Below are positions 1-8,470 of a stretch of 64,000 bases of DNA, piece after piece. How positions within the stretch are numbered: position 1 is the first letter of the stretch; each line of letters starts with the position of its first letter. The notes beneath the pieces were generated by a model. It saw only the letters and a list, made by a program, of their open reading frames with translations. It searched no databases and was not told the origin of the DNA. The position numbers and the translations under genes were made by a program. The DNA is from Candidatus Aminicenantales bacterium (GTDB lineage: Bacteria; Acidobacteriota; Aminicenantia; Aminicenantales; UBA4085): assembly GCA_049515535.1 (NCBI GenBank), contig JBEKTZ010000002.1, forward strand, positions 211,467-275,466. Direction: 5' to 3'.

Positions 1-155
1 CCGCGGCTGATGCGTCCCACGGGCCTCCCTTTTTCGTCCACTCGGATGATGGGTTCGAGGGCCTCGTCCTCTTGGCCGGCGCGGTACGCCGCGCGAATGG
101 CCGGACCGAGGGAGAAAGTTCTATCCGTCACATCGTTCACATTAGCACCGCTCAT
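1..155 (-). CDS. Partial CDS running off the window start; 2,3-BPG-independent phosphoglycerate mutase-like segment
   Basis: Manual translation from ATG at 155 (alternative in-frame ATG at 170): MSGANVNDVTDRTFSLGPAIRAAYRAGQEDEALEPIIRVDEKGRPVGRISRG. This resembles the iPGM internal motif A..AY..G..DE...P.........G.I..G. Not in the ORF track. Confidence 0.55.
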   Translation of the reverse strand, partial: MSGANVNDVTDRTFSLGPAIRAAYRAGQEDEALEPIIRVDEKGRPVGRISR

Positions 156-194
156 AAAAAATGAATTCATACTATAGAAGGCACCGGAGGGGAA

Positions 195-380
195 GTCAAC
201 TTTAGGGGGGACCGCTTCGCGTTCCCCCTCCAACGGGCACCGGGAAGACCCGGCCGCCCTGCCCCCCTTCTCGGGCGGGGAATGGACCCCGCTCTGCGAC
301 CAAGGGGGCATGCCCCCTCTGGAACCCCCACGAGCGGCTCCCCGCGGCAAGCCCCGGGGCATATTCGCCGCTCGTCAACT
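195..380. repeat. Structured multi-hairpin element, family A, copy 1
   Basis: Homologous to 15722-15928; five hairpins; bounded by the direct repeat GTCAACT (195-201, 374-380). Confidence 0.8.
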
Positions 381-382
381 GA

Positions 383-593
383 CACGGATGATCCGAAATT
401 GCCGATAAGATGCGACGCGGAATTCCGGGACTTGAACGGAAAATTCATGGGACACAATCCCATTTCGAGAGAAATGGGTTATGTCCCGAATTTTCCGGAT
501 CGTGTACCAGGGAATTCCGCGTCTCACCCAAAAATCCCGATCTCCCAGAGGAACAATAGATCAATCGGCAATTTCGGATAGGATCCATCCGTG
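383..593. repeat. Nested inverted-repeat (MITE/REP-like) element, family B, copy 1
   Basis: Perfect 16-bp IR ATCCGAAATTGCCGAT at 391-406/564-579; inner IRs at 414-426/511-523, 437-446/488-497 and 459-466/471-478 (GAGA loop); homologous to 15472-15616. Confidence 0.8.
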
Positions 594-646
594 GGACGCG
601 GACTTTTTCTTCGGACGAGAACAGCCAAGATAAGGAATTTTGAAGA

Positions 647-674
647 TTGACGCCAAGCGCTCCCTTTGTATAAT
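647..674 (+). promoter_or_regulatory. Sigma70-type promoter for the S9 peptidase
   Basis: TTGACG(647-652)-16bp-TATAAT(669-674); RBS AAGGAGG at 711-717. Confidence 0.65.
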
Positions 675-721
675 ACAATAGAGCCGCTTCCATTCCTAAA
701 AACGGAGATCAAGGAGGATTC

Positions 722-2761
722 ATGAAAAAGTCTATGGTCGCCGCCGTCATCGTTTTTTTGTTTTCGAGCGTCAGCGTTTTGATGTCTCAATCCAAGCCTC
801 TGACCTTCGACGATTTCATCAAGATCAAGCGCGTGACCGACCCGCAGCCTTCGCCCGACGGGCAGTGGATCGCCTACGTCATCACGGTCATGGATAAAGA
901 GGCCAACCGCGGCAACAGCGACATCTGGCTCGTTCCGGCCGGGGGCGGCGAATCGCGCCTCCTGACGGCGAGTCCGCAGGCCGATAACAATCCGCGGTGG
1001 TCGCCGGACGGGAAGAAGATCGCGTTCATCTCGACGAGGAGCGGATCGTCCCAAATCTGGATCATCAACCCGAATGGCGGAGAAGCCCGTCAACTGACCA
1101 CCCTCTCCACCGGGGCTTCGGGCGTCGTCTGGTCGCCGGACGGAAAGCGCCTCGCCTTCACATCCTCGGTTTATCCGTTATGCCCGGATGATAGTTGCAA
1201 CAAGAGAAAAACCGAAGCCTGGGAGAAGAGCAAGATCAAAGGCCGCGTTTACGATTCTTTGTTTTTCCGCTATTGGAACGCCTGGCGGGACGGCACGAGA
1301 AACCACGTCTTCGTCATTCCCTCCGAAGGCGGTCACGCCGTTGATGTCACCCCGGGTGATTTCGACGCGCCGCCCCTGGATTTGGGGGGAAATCCGGATT
1401 ACGCTTTCGCGCCGGACGGGAATGAGATCGCCTTCGTCCGCAATGTCGATCCGGACCTCAAACACGGCATCGGCACCAACAATGACGTCTTCGTCACCAG
1501 CGTGAAGGGCGGCGAGATCCGGCCGATCACGACCAGCAAAGCCAACGACAATATGCCCGTTTACTCGCCCGACGGAAAAACCCTGGCCTACCGGGCCATG
1601 GCCCGTCCCGGATATGAATCCGACAAGCTCGATGTTATGCTTTACGACCGCAGGACCGCGAAGACCGTCAACTTGACCGCCGATCTCGACGTCTCCGTCA
1701 ATGAAATGCTCTGGTCCAAAGACGGCTCGACCCTCTTCTTCGAGGCGGACGAAAAAGGACGGAACGCCTTCTTTAAGATCACGATCAATAGCGGCAAAGC
1801 CGAAAAAATCCTGGACGGCCAGACGTTCAGCTCCATCAGTTTGCTCCCCGACAATAAGACGTTCATCCTCCTCAAGCAGGCCATGAATCAGCCCGCCGAT
1901 ATCTTCGGTTTCGATGCGGTTTCGAAAAAGCTCACCCGGATCACCGCCACGAACCGGGACCTGCTCGCCCAGCTCCAGATGAACCCAGCCGAGGAATTCT
2001 GGTTCGAGGGCGCCGCCAAGGATAAGGTCCACGGCTGGCTGCTCAAACCGCCCGCCTTCGACCCGTCGAAAAAATACCCTCTCCTCTTCCTGATCCACGG
2101 CGGCCCTCACGGCCCCTGGAAAGACGAGTTCCATTACCGCTGGAACGCGCAGATGTTCGCCGCGCCCGGATACGTCACGGCCATGATCAATTTCCATGCG
2201 AGCGCGGGCTACGGCCAGCGCTTCTCGGACGCCATCGTCGGCGATTGGGGCGGCAAGCCCTACGAGGACATCATGAAAGGCCTGGATTATTTATTGGCGA
2301 CCTATGCGTTCCTCGACAAGACGAAGCTGGGCGCGGCCGGCGCATCCTACGGCGGATACATGATCGATTGGATCGAAGGACAGTCCTCCCGTTTCAATTG
2401 CCTGATCTCTCACGACGGGGTGTTCGACCTCCGCTCGATGTACGGCGCCACGGAAGAACTCTGGTTTCCGGAGTGGGAGCAGAAAGGAACGCCGTGGACG
2501 AACCCGGAGCAATACACGAAGTGGTCGCCGAGCTATTACGTGAAAAATTTCAAGACGCCCTGTCTGGTCATTCACAGCCAGAACGATTACCGCGTGCCGC
2601 TCGAGCAGGGCCTCCAATTCTTCACCTCCCTGCAACGAATGAACGTCCCCTCGAAATTCCTCTATTTCCCCGACGAGGACCACTTCATCTCGAAGCCGCA
2701 GAACGCGGAAATGTGGTGGAAGACGATGCTCGACTGGCTGGCGACCTATCTCAAAAAGTGA
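722..2761 (+). CDS. Secreted S9 family peptidase (dipeptidyl/acylaminoacyl peptidase) with PD40/TolB-like propeller
   Basis: Signal peptide; repeated WSPDG motifs; HGGPH, catalytic GASYGG, D(YRVP) and DEDH motifs. Confidence 0.9.
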   Translation: MKKSMVAAVIVFLFSSVSVLMSQSKPLTFDDFIKIKRVTDPQPSPDGQWIAYVITVMDKEANRGNSDIWLVPAGGGESRLLTASPQADNNPRWSPDGKKIAFISTRSGSSQIWIINPNGGEARQLTTLSTGASGVVWSPDGKRLAFTSSVYPLCPDDSCNKRKTEAWEKSKIKGRVYDSLFFRYWNAWRDGTRNHVFVIPSEGGHAVDVTPGDFDAPPLDLGGNPDYAFAPDGNEIAFVRNVDPDLKHGIGTNNDVFVTSVKGGEIRPITTSKANDNMPVYSPDGKTLAYRAMARPGYESDKLDVMLYDRRTAKTVNLTADLDVSVNEMLWSKDGSTLFFEADEKGRNAFFKITINSGKAEKILDGQTFSSISLLPDNKTFILLKQAMNQPADIFGFDAVSKKLTRITATNRDLLAQLQMNPAEEFWFEGAAKDKVHGWLLKPPAFDPSKKYPLLFLIHGGPHGPWKDEFHYRWNAQMFAAPGYVTAMINFHASAGYGQRFSDAIVGDWGGKPYEDIMKGLDYLLATYAFLDKTKLGAAGASYGGYMIDWIEGQSSRFNCLISHDGVFDLRSMYGATEELWFPEWEQKGTPWTNPEQYTKWSPSYYVKNFKTPCLVIHSQNDYRVPLEQGLQFFTSLQRMNVPSKFLYFPDEDHFISKPQNAEMWWKTMLDWLATYLKK

Positions 2762-3650
2762 GCGGGAGGCTGAGGAGCGATTCCGGATCGACGCGGCTGT
2801 TGAAGACTTTGAAACCCCAATGCAGATGGGGACCGGTGGACCGGCCGGTATTGCCGATTTTGGCTATGACCTGGCCTTTTTTGACCATGTCTCCCCGTTT
2901 CACGAGGATCGTGGAGAAGTGGCAATACAGGCTGAACACTCCCCGGCCGTGATCGATGATCACCGTCTTGCCGCTCAGATAGAGGTTGCTGGCGAGCACG
3001 ACCCGGCCCGCGTTCGAGGCTTTCACCGGGAAACCCCAGGGCGCGGCAATGTCGACGCCCGCGTGGACCGCCAGCCGCTTTTTATTGTAAATCCGCAATT
3101 GCCCGAAATTCGGGAAGGGTTCTCGGCCCGGAAGGGGGGAGAGGAAATTCCCCGTTCCCAGCCATTCCGGCGTAATGACGGAATAGACCTCCGCGACGAG
3201 CTCCTGCTCTCTCCGGACCCTTTCCTCCTCCGCCGCCGGCGGGTTCAACATGGCTTCGTTGACGTAAAAATTTCTTTTGGGAAATTCCCTCGATTCGATC
3301 GTTATTTCCTCCTGGTATCTCTCGATCGTCCCGTCCGTCTTTTCTTCCGTCACGCCGACGGTCAGAGGCTGGGGCTTGAGCTCGACATCGATTCCGATCA
3401 AGGCGAACGCTCGGGCGCCCGGCTTTGAGCCGTCCAGGACATATTTTTGATCCTGGACCTGGAGGATCAGCTTTTTCACGGAAGGGTCGGATTTCATTTC
3501 AGCCAGGATGACTTCCCCCGGCTGCAGGGATCTGAAGACTAGCTCCACGGGAACGCCTTGGAAGGAGATCGTCTGCATGGCCCGCGGGGGCGTCGTCGCC
3601 AGCGCCGCGATCGCGATCAGGAGCGGCGCAACGAGCAGAGCTTTCTTCAT
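2751..3650 (-). CDS. M23 family metallopeptidase, secreted
   Basis: HAGVD and GPHLHW zinc motifs, IIDHGRG; signal peptide. Confidence 0.9.
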   Translation of the reverse strand: MKKALLVAPLLIAIAALATTPPRAMQTISFQGVPVELVFRSLQPGEVILAEMKSDPSVKKLILQVQDQKYVLDGSKPGARAFALIGIDVELKPQPLTVGVTEEKTDGTIERYQEEITIESREFPKRNFYVNEAMLNPPAAEEERVRREQELVAEVYSVITPEWLGTGNFLSPLPGREPFPNFGQLRIYNKKRLAVHAGVDIAAPWGFPVKASNAGRVVLASNLYLSGKTVIIDHGRGVFSLYCHFSTILVKRGDMVKKGQVIAKIGNTGRSTGPHLHWGFKVFNSRVDPESLLSLPLTF

Positions 3651-5350
3651 GGCGAGTCTTTTTTCCTCAATATCATTCCCGGGAGCTTCCCTGTGTGTTT
3701 TTCCTGGTCGATGACGATCTCTCCGTTGATCAGAACGGTGGACACCCCGGCAGGGTATTGATGAGGATCGGCCCAGGTGGCCTTGTCGATGATCTTATCG
3801 GGATTGAAAACGACCATGTCGGCGTAATTCCCCGCCTGAAGGACTCCCCGCTTGAGAAGGCCGAATTTCCGGGCGGGCATCGAGGTCATTTTCTTGACCA
3901 TCTCCTCGAGCTTAACGAGCTTCGCCTCGCGGACGTATTTTCCCAGGATACGGGGAAACGTCCCATAGACCCGGGGATGAGGTTTTCCCCGACCGAGGGG
4001 GCCATAGGGCGCCAGCGCTTCACCGTCGGTGCCGACGCCGACCAGCGGATGGGCCAGGATGCGCTTGAGATTCTCTTCCTTCATCATGAAGATGACCATT
4101 CCGACCTGGTCATTCTCCTCGATGAGCAGGTCACGCATGTATTCATAGGGCGGTTTTCCGGCCTCCCTGGACGCTTCGAGGATGTTCTTGCCTTCGTATC
4201 TTCTATTCTTGTCATTGAGGACATGCGAGATGACGACCTTGTCCCAGGACCCCAGCTTTTTCTCCCGTTCGGCGACGTAGGCCCGCAGCTTGGCGTCCTG
4301 ATAAGGATCTTTCAAACGGGTCAGGAATTCCTCCGTCGTCCCCTGCCGGGCCCACATCGGAAAATTGAAATCCAGGCTCGTGGCGCCGGCGATATAGGGA
4401 TAGCGGTCGCAGAAGATATCGAGGCCATCCCTCTTGGCCGCTTCGATCTTGGCGATCGCGGCGGAAATCTTGTTCCAGTTGGCGGGATAAGCGACCTTGA
4501 AATGCGAAATCTGGACACTGACTCCCGTTTTTTTGGCCACGTCAATCGTCTCGTCGAGCGATTCGAGAAGCCGATCCCCTTCGTCGCGCATGTGCGTCGC
4601 GTACACGCCGCCGGCCCGGGCGACGATCCGGCACAGCTCGACGAGCTCATCCGGCTGGGCGAAACTTCCGGGCGTGTACTCGAGGCCGCTGGTCAGTCCC
4701 AAAGCGCCGTCCCTGAGGTTTTCCGTGACGAGCGCTTTCATTTTCTCCAGCTCTTCGGGCTTCGGCGCGCGATCGTTGAATCCCATCGCCGCCCCGCGGA
4801 TGGCGCCGTGGCCGACGAAGGTCGCGTAATTCAAGGCCATGCCCTTTTCCTCCAGGCGGGCGAAAAAACCACGGATATCGCGCCAGGTTAAATCGACGTT
4901 GTATTGCTTTTTGAGCATGGCTTTGGCTTCTTCGAAGATCTCGGAAGCCATCGGAAAAGGCGAAGAACCGCAGTTGCCGCTGACCGTCGTCGTGATGCCC
5001 TGATGGACGGAACTCTCGGCCCTGGGGTTGACCAGGAGATGGACATCGGTATGGTCGTGAGCGTCGATGAAGCCGGGGGCCACGATCAAGCCGGCGGCCT
5101 CGATGACGGCGCGTCCCCGCGAAGCGGGGATTTTTCCCATGGCTTTGATGAAATGGCCGGAAACTCCGATATCGGCCGGTGCGGCCGGATTCCCCAGCCC
5201 GTCCAGAACGAGTCCGTCTTTGACGACCAGATCGAAATCCTTGCGCGAGGAACATCCTTTGAGAACGAGCCCGCCGCCGGCCAGCGAAGCCGCGGCGACG
5301 ACGCGGCCCCCGCTTTCGAGGAAGCGTCTTCGCGTGATCCGATGTATCAT
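3647..5350 (-). CDS. N-acyl-D-amino-acid deacylase (D-aminoacylase) family amidohydrolase with a Tat/lipoprotein leader
   Basis: APGFIDAHDHTD, GNCG, THMRDE, ISHFK, HPRVYGTFPR; N-terminus TRRRFL...LKGC. Confidence 0.88.
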   Translation of the reverse strand: MIHRITRRRFLESGGRVVAAASLAGGGLVLKGCSSRKDFDLVVKDGLVLDGLGNPAAPADIGVSGHFIKAMGKIPASRGRAVIEAAGLIVAPGFIDAHDHTDVHLLVNPRAESSVHQGITTTVSGNCGSSPFPMASEIFEEAKAMLKKQYNVDLTWRDIRGFFARLEEKGMALNYATFVGHGAIRGAAMGFNDRAPKPEELEKMKALVTENLRDGALGLTSGLEYTPGSFAQPDELVELCRIVARAGGVYATHMRDEGDRLLESLDETIDVAKKTGVSVQISHFKVAYPANWNKISAAIAKIEAAKRDGLDIFCDRYPYIAGATSLDFNFPMWARQGTTEEFLTRLKDPYQDAKLRAYVAEREKKLGSWDKVVISHVLNDKNRRYEGKNILEASREAGKPPYEYMRDLLIEENDQVGMVIFMMKEENLKRILAHPLVGVGTDGEALAPYGPLGRGKPHPRVYGTFPRILGKYVREAKLVKLEEMVKKMTSMPARKFGLLKRGVLQAGNYADMVVFNPDKIIDKATWADPHQYPAGVSTVLINGEIVIDQEKHTGKLPGMILRKKDSP

Positions 5351-5486
5351 CGTATTCTCTTTCGTTCGGACGGCATCCCGTTCATATTATTCAAACACGC
5401 GGGCCTTGTCCAGATAGCGTTGAAAATGGCGCTCTCCGTCCGAAGGATCCGGGATTCCATTGAGCTCGAGACATAAGGCATCAAGG

Positions 5487-5606
5487 GACGAGCCTTCGGC
5501 TCGCCACTTGCCCGTGGCTTATATCCACGGACGAGTACTGCGGAAATGGACCCCCGGGCAAAGCCCGGGGCCCCGGCCGCCGTCGAAAATACGAAATGCG
5601 GCGGCG
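5487..5606. repeat. Intergenic cluster of four GC-rich hairpins
   Basis: CGAGCC-TTC-GGCTCG; CCGTGG...CCACGG; CCCCGGGC-AAA-GCCCGGGG; GCCGC...GCGGC. Confidence 0.5.
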
Positions 5607-5610
5607 ATGA

Positions 5611-6465
5611 TCAAAACGATAGAATCAGCGTAATGGCTTGTCGGCCCGGCGTGAGCTCGAACGCGACGCGATAATTCCCGGACGGATTTTTTTCGTTGAG
5701 ATGCGCTATTTTTTTCCCGACGAAAAATCCGAGGGCCGAGCCGGCGAAAACGTCGGACGGCCAGTGCTTCCGGTCGTGGACGCGATAGACGGCGACGAGG
5801 CCGGCCAGTCCGTAGGCGAGAGCGTCCACGAGGACTCCGGGCGATTGATCGGCGATGACCGAAGCGACGGCAAAAGCGCCGGCCGCGTCGCCCGACGGGA
5901 AAGACGTATGTCCGGTACTGAAAGAGAATGGATAGAAGCTATGTGAGGATTCTCCGGTGTTGGGACGGGCCCGCCCCACGGCGACCTTCAGGGCGAGAAC
6001 GAAGGCCGTCGTCGTCAAAAAGCTTTCCAAACTGAGGAGCGCGGTTTTGCGCAGGTCCGAGCTATCGAAGACTTCGCCGGAGACATAAAGGGCGGCCATG
6101 AAAGCCGTGAGATATCCGCCATTCCCGAATTTGGATATGACCGGCGACGCATCCAGGGACGCGGAGCTTTTTTGCCGTTGGACCCAATCATAGATCTCCT
6201 TGTCAAAACCGTAAATGAGCAAGCCGGTCCCGACAAGGGCGCTGAACCTGAGGAAATCGCCGCTCCCCCATCGGGCCGGAGAGGTGACGACCTCTCCGAA
6301 ATCAAGTCCGAATTTCTTGAAATAGGAAGAATCGAGCCGATCGGAGCTTGAGTGCTCCGGAGAAGCCTGGACCGGCGGAAAGGCGTAAAACGGCGTCCAA
6401 AAAATGAGGGCGGCCAGGACGGCCGCGCCTATACGCGTCCGCATTTTATTGACCGTCATGGCCAT
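5611..6465 (-). CDS. PAP2 family phosphatase
   Basis: K..VGRARP, SFPSGD and RVHDRKHWPSDV motifs; overlaps the waaA 3' end. Confidence 0.85.
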   Translation of the reverse strand: MAMTVNKMRTRIGAAVLAALIFWTPFYAFPPVQASPEHSSSDRLDSSYFKKFGLDFGEVVTSPARWGSGDFLRFSALVGTGLLIYGFDKEIYDWVQRQKSSASLDASPVISKFGNGGYLTAFMAALYVSGEVFDSSDLRKTALLSLESFLTTTAFVLALKVAVGRARPNTGESSHSFYPFSFSTGHTSFPSGDAAGAFAVASVIADQSPGVLVDALAYGLAGLVAVYRVHDRKHWPSDVFAGSALGFFVGKKIAHLNEKNPSGNYRVAFELTPGRQAITLILSF

Positions 6466-7729
6466 GGGATATGAAATACTCGATGGCGGCCAATGTCTTT
6501 TCCGTGGCTCCTTGGAGCGAGGCGAGGATGTCCCTGGATCTCAGCCCCATCGCCTGAAGAGCCTGCCTGTCCTTGAAGAGAAACATCTCGACCAGGTCTT
6601 CGGTATTTTTCACGATCCGGGCTGCGCCGCCGCGCACAAACTCGTCGGCGAGAGCCGCGAAATTTTCCATGTGAGGTCCGAAAAACACGGGCTTGCCGTA
6701 GAACGCGGGCTCGAGCAGGTTTTGTCCTCCCCAGGGAATCAGACTCCCGCCGATAAACGCCGCGTCCGAAAGCGCATAACAGCGGGCCAGATCGCCGATC
6801 GTGTCGAGGATCAGGACGTCCCAGATCGAACCGGGCAGGAGCTGACTTTTCCGGCGGATGACGAAGGAATCACTCGAGAAGGCCTTTTCGATTTCCCCGA
6901 ATTTTTCCGGATGGCGGGGGGCCAGAACGAGCAGAACGTCCGGCCTCGTCTTTCGCGCTTCCCTGAACGCCTGAAGGAGCAGGTCATCCTCGCCCCTGTG
7001 AATACTGCCGGCCACGATCACTTTTTTATCATCGGCAATGGATAAATCATATCTCGACTTCAGGATGTCCTCTTCCGAAAGGAGAGGAAGGCGGACCTCG
7101 CATTTCAGGTTTCCGGACACAGCGATGCAATAAGGCGCGACGCCGATCCTTTCCAGCCTTTCCATATCTTGTCGGGACTGGACGAGGAAGCGGTCGATAT
7201 TCTGAAACAGGGGGCCGATGATGCTTTTCCAGCGTTTGAACCGTTTGAACGAACGGTCCGAGATCCGACCGTTCACGAGCAGCGCGGGACAATGCTTGCG
7301 GCGGGCTTCACGCAGAATCCGCGGCCAGAATTCCGATTCCGCCAGAACCAACAGCCGGGGTTTGAGTTTCTTGAAATAGCGGCGAACGGCCCAGCCAAAA
7401 TCGAAGGGGACGAAGAAAAGGACGTCGACATCCCGCAATTTGGCCGCCGCAACCTTATATCCCGAGTTCGTCAGGGTTGAAAATCCGATTTCCCAATCCG
7501 GATGTCCGCGTCTGATCTCATGGATGAGATTCTGGAGCGAGAGGACTTCTCCGACCGAAACCGCGTGGATCCAGAGAAAAGGCCGGACGGTCGTCCTGTT
7601 CGGGACCCGGAATCCCAGCCGTTCCCGGAGATGAAGCGGTTCATTTCTCAGGATCCGGAGCTTGACGAAATAAGCGGGGATTACGGCCAAAAGAGCCAGG
7701 CCCAGCAGCAAAGAATAAAAGAAATACAC
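6446..7729 (-). CDS. waaA: 3-deoxy-D-manno-octulosonic acid (Kdo) transferase
   Basis: WIHAVSVGEV, ESEFWP, LAPRHPE, GGQNLLEPA. Confidence 0.93.
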   Translation of the reverse strand: MYFFYSLLLGLALLAVIPAYFVKLRILRNEPLHLRERLGFRVPNRTTVRPFLWIHAVSVGEVLSLQNLIHEIRRGHPDWEIGFSTLTNSGYKVAAAKLRDVDVLFFVPFDFGWAVRRYFKKLKPRLLVLAESEFWPRILREARRKHCPALLVNGRISDRSFKRFKRWKSIIGPLFQNIDRFLVQSRQDMERLERIGVAPYCIAVSGNLKCEVRLPLLSEEDILKSRYDLSIADDKKVIVAGSIHRGEDDLLLQAFREARKTRPDVLLVLAPRHPEKFGEIEKAFSSDSFVIRRKSQLLPGSIWDVLILDTIGDLARCYALSDAAFIGGSLIPWGGQNLLEPAFYGKPVFFGPHMENFAALADEFVRGGAARIVKNTEDLVEMFLFKDRQALQAMGLRSRDILASLQGATEKTLAAIEYFISHGHDGQ

Positions 7730-7771
7730 AGGCCTGACTATACTAAAAAAGGCCGGTGGCGGTCAAACCGG

Positions 7772-7800
7772 TTGACCCTAGGGGATGGTTCTGCTATACT
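7772..7800 (+). promoter_or_regulatory. Sigma70 promoter with extended -10
   Basis: TTGACC-17bp-TATACT, with TG immediately upstream of the -10. Confidence 0.7.
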
Positions 7801-7844
7801 GGACCGGAAAAAAACAAAAAGGTAAAAAATACGAGGAAAAAAGC

Positions 7845-8069
7845 ATGGCCGACAAAAAAGAAACAGCCAAGCCGGAGACGGCCCCAAAAACTCAAGGCGC
7901 CGCGGAAGGCGCCGGCGAAGCGGACAAAGAACAGGACAACAAGAAAATCAATAAAATGACCACGGCCGAGATTGACGCCAAGCTCAACGCGATCAAAACA
8001 TCTCAAGGCGGCCTGCGATCGCGATATGCCAAACAGCTTTTCCAGCACCGGAAAGCGCTGGGCAAATAG
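7845..8069 (+). CDS. Small Lys-rich hypothetical protein (74 aa)
   Basis: ATG at 7845 after GAGG SD and the promoter; lies upstream of rpsO. Confidence 0.7.
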   Translation: MADKKETAKPETAPKTQGAAEGAGEADKEQDNKKINKMTTAEIDAKLNAIKTSQGGLRSRYAKQLFQHRKALGK

Positions 8070-8183
8070 AACGATCCTGAATCTTTCACATTCCCCAAAA
8101 CGGGCCCATGGCGTTCTTCCCGCGTGTTTACATCATCCCCCCATTTCTGCTAAGATATCAAGGATTTAAAGGAGAAACATAAA

Positions 8184-8450
8184 TTGTTGACGAAAGAAAA
8201 GAAAGACAAACTCATCCATGAGAACAGAGTCCATCCGACCGATACGGGCTCGGCCGAGGTCCAGATCGCACTCTTGAGCGAGCGGATCACCCATCTGAGC
8301 AGCCATATGACCTCGTTCAAGAATGACAGTCATTCCAAGACCGGCATGATGAAACTCGTCGGCCATAGGAAAAGGCTCCTCACCTACCTGAAAAGAGAAG
8401 ACAGCTCTCGCTACGAAAAGCTCATTCAGAAACTCGGACTCCGCAAATAA
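8184..8450 (+). CDS. rpsO: 30S ribosomal protein S15
   Basis: DTGSAEVQIALLSERITHL...HSKTGMMKLVG..KRLLTYL; TTG start with AAGGAG SD. Confidence 0.96.
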   Translation: MLTKEKKDKLIHENRVHPTDTGSAEVQIALLSERITHLSSHMTSFKNDSHSKTGMMKLVGHRKRLLTYLKREDSSRYEKLIQKLGLRK

Positions 8451-8470
8451 CGGTCCACCCCCGGATAAAA

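Noticed and set aside
195..593. Possible tRNA, SRP RNA, 6S RNA, riboswitch or CRISPR identity for the structured repeats
   Set aside because: No cloverleaf or T-loop, no riboswitch consensus that I recognise, and no regularly spaced repeat-spacer units; an Rfam search is still needed.
167..693. Short ORFs across the first intergenic region
   Set aside because: They overlap palindromic repeats A1/B1, and the second copies do not preserve the reading frames.
8070..8183. Possible S15 autoregulatory leader
   Set aside because: No structure I can support; the region is mostly a plausible promoter (TTTACA-18-TAAGAT) with a short leader.
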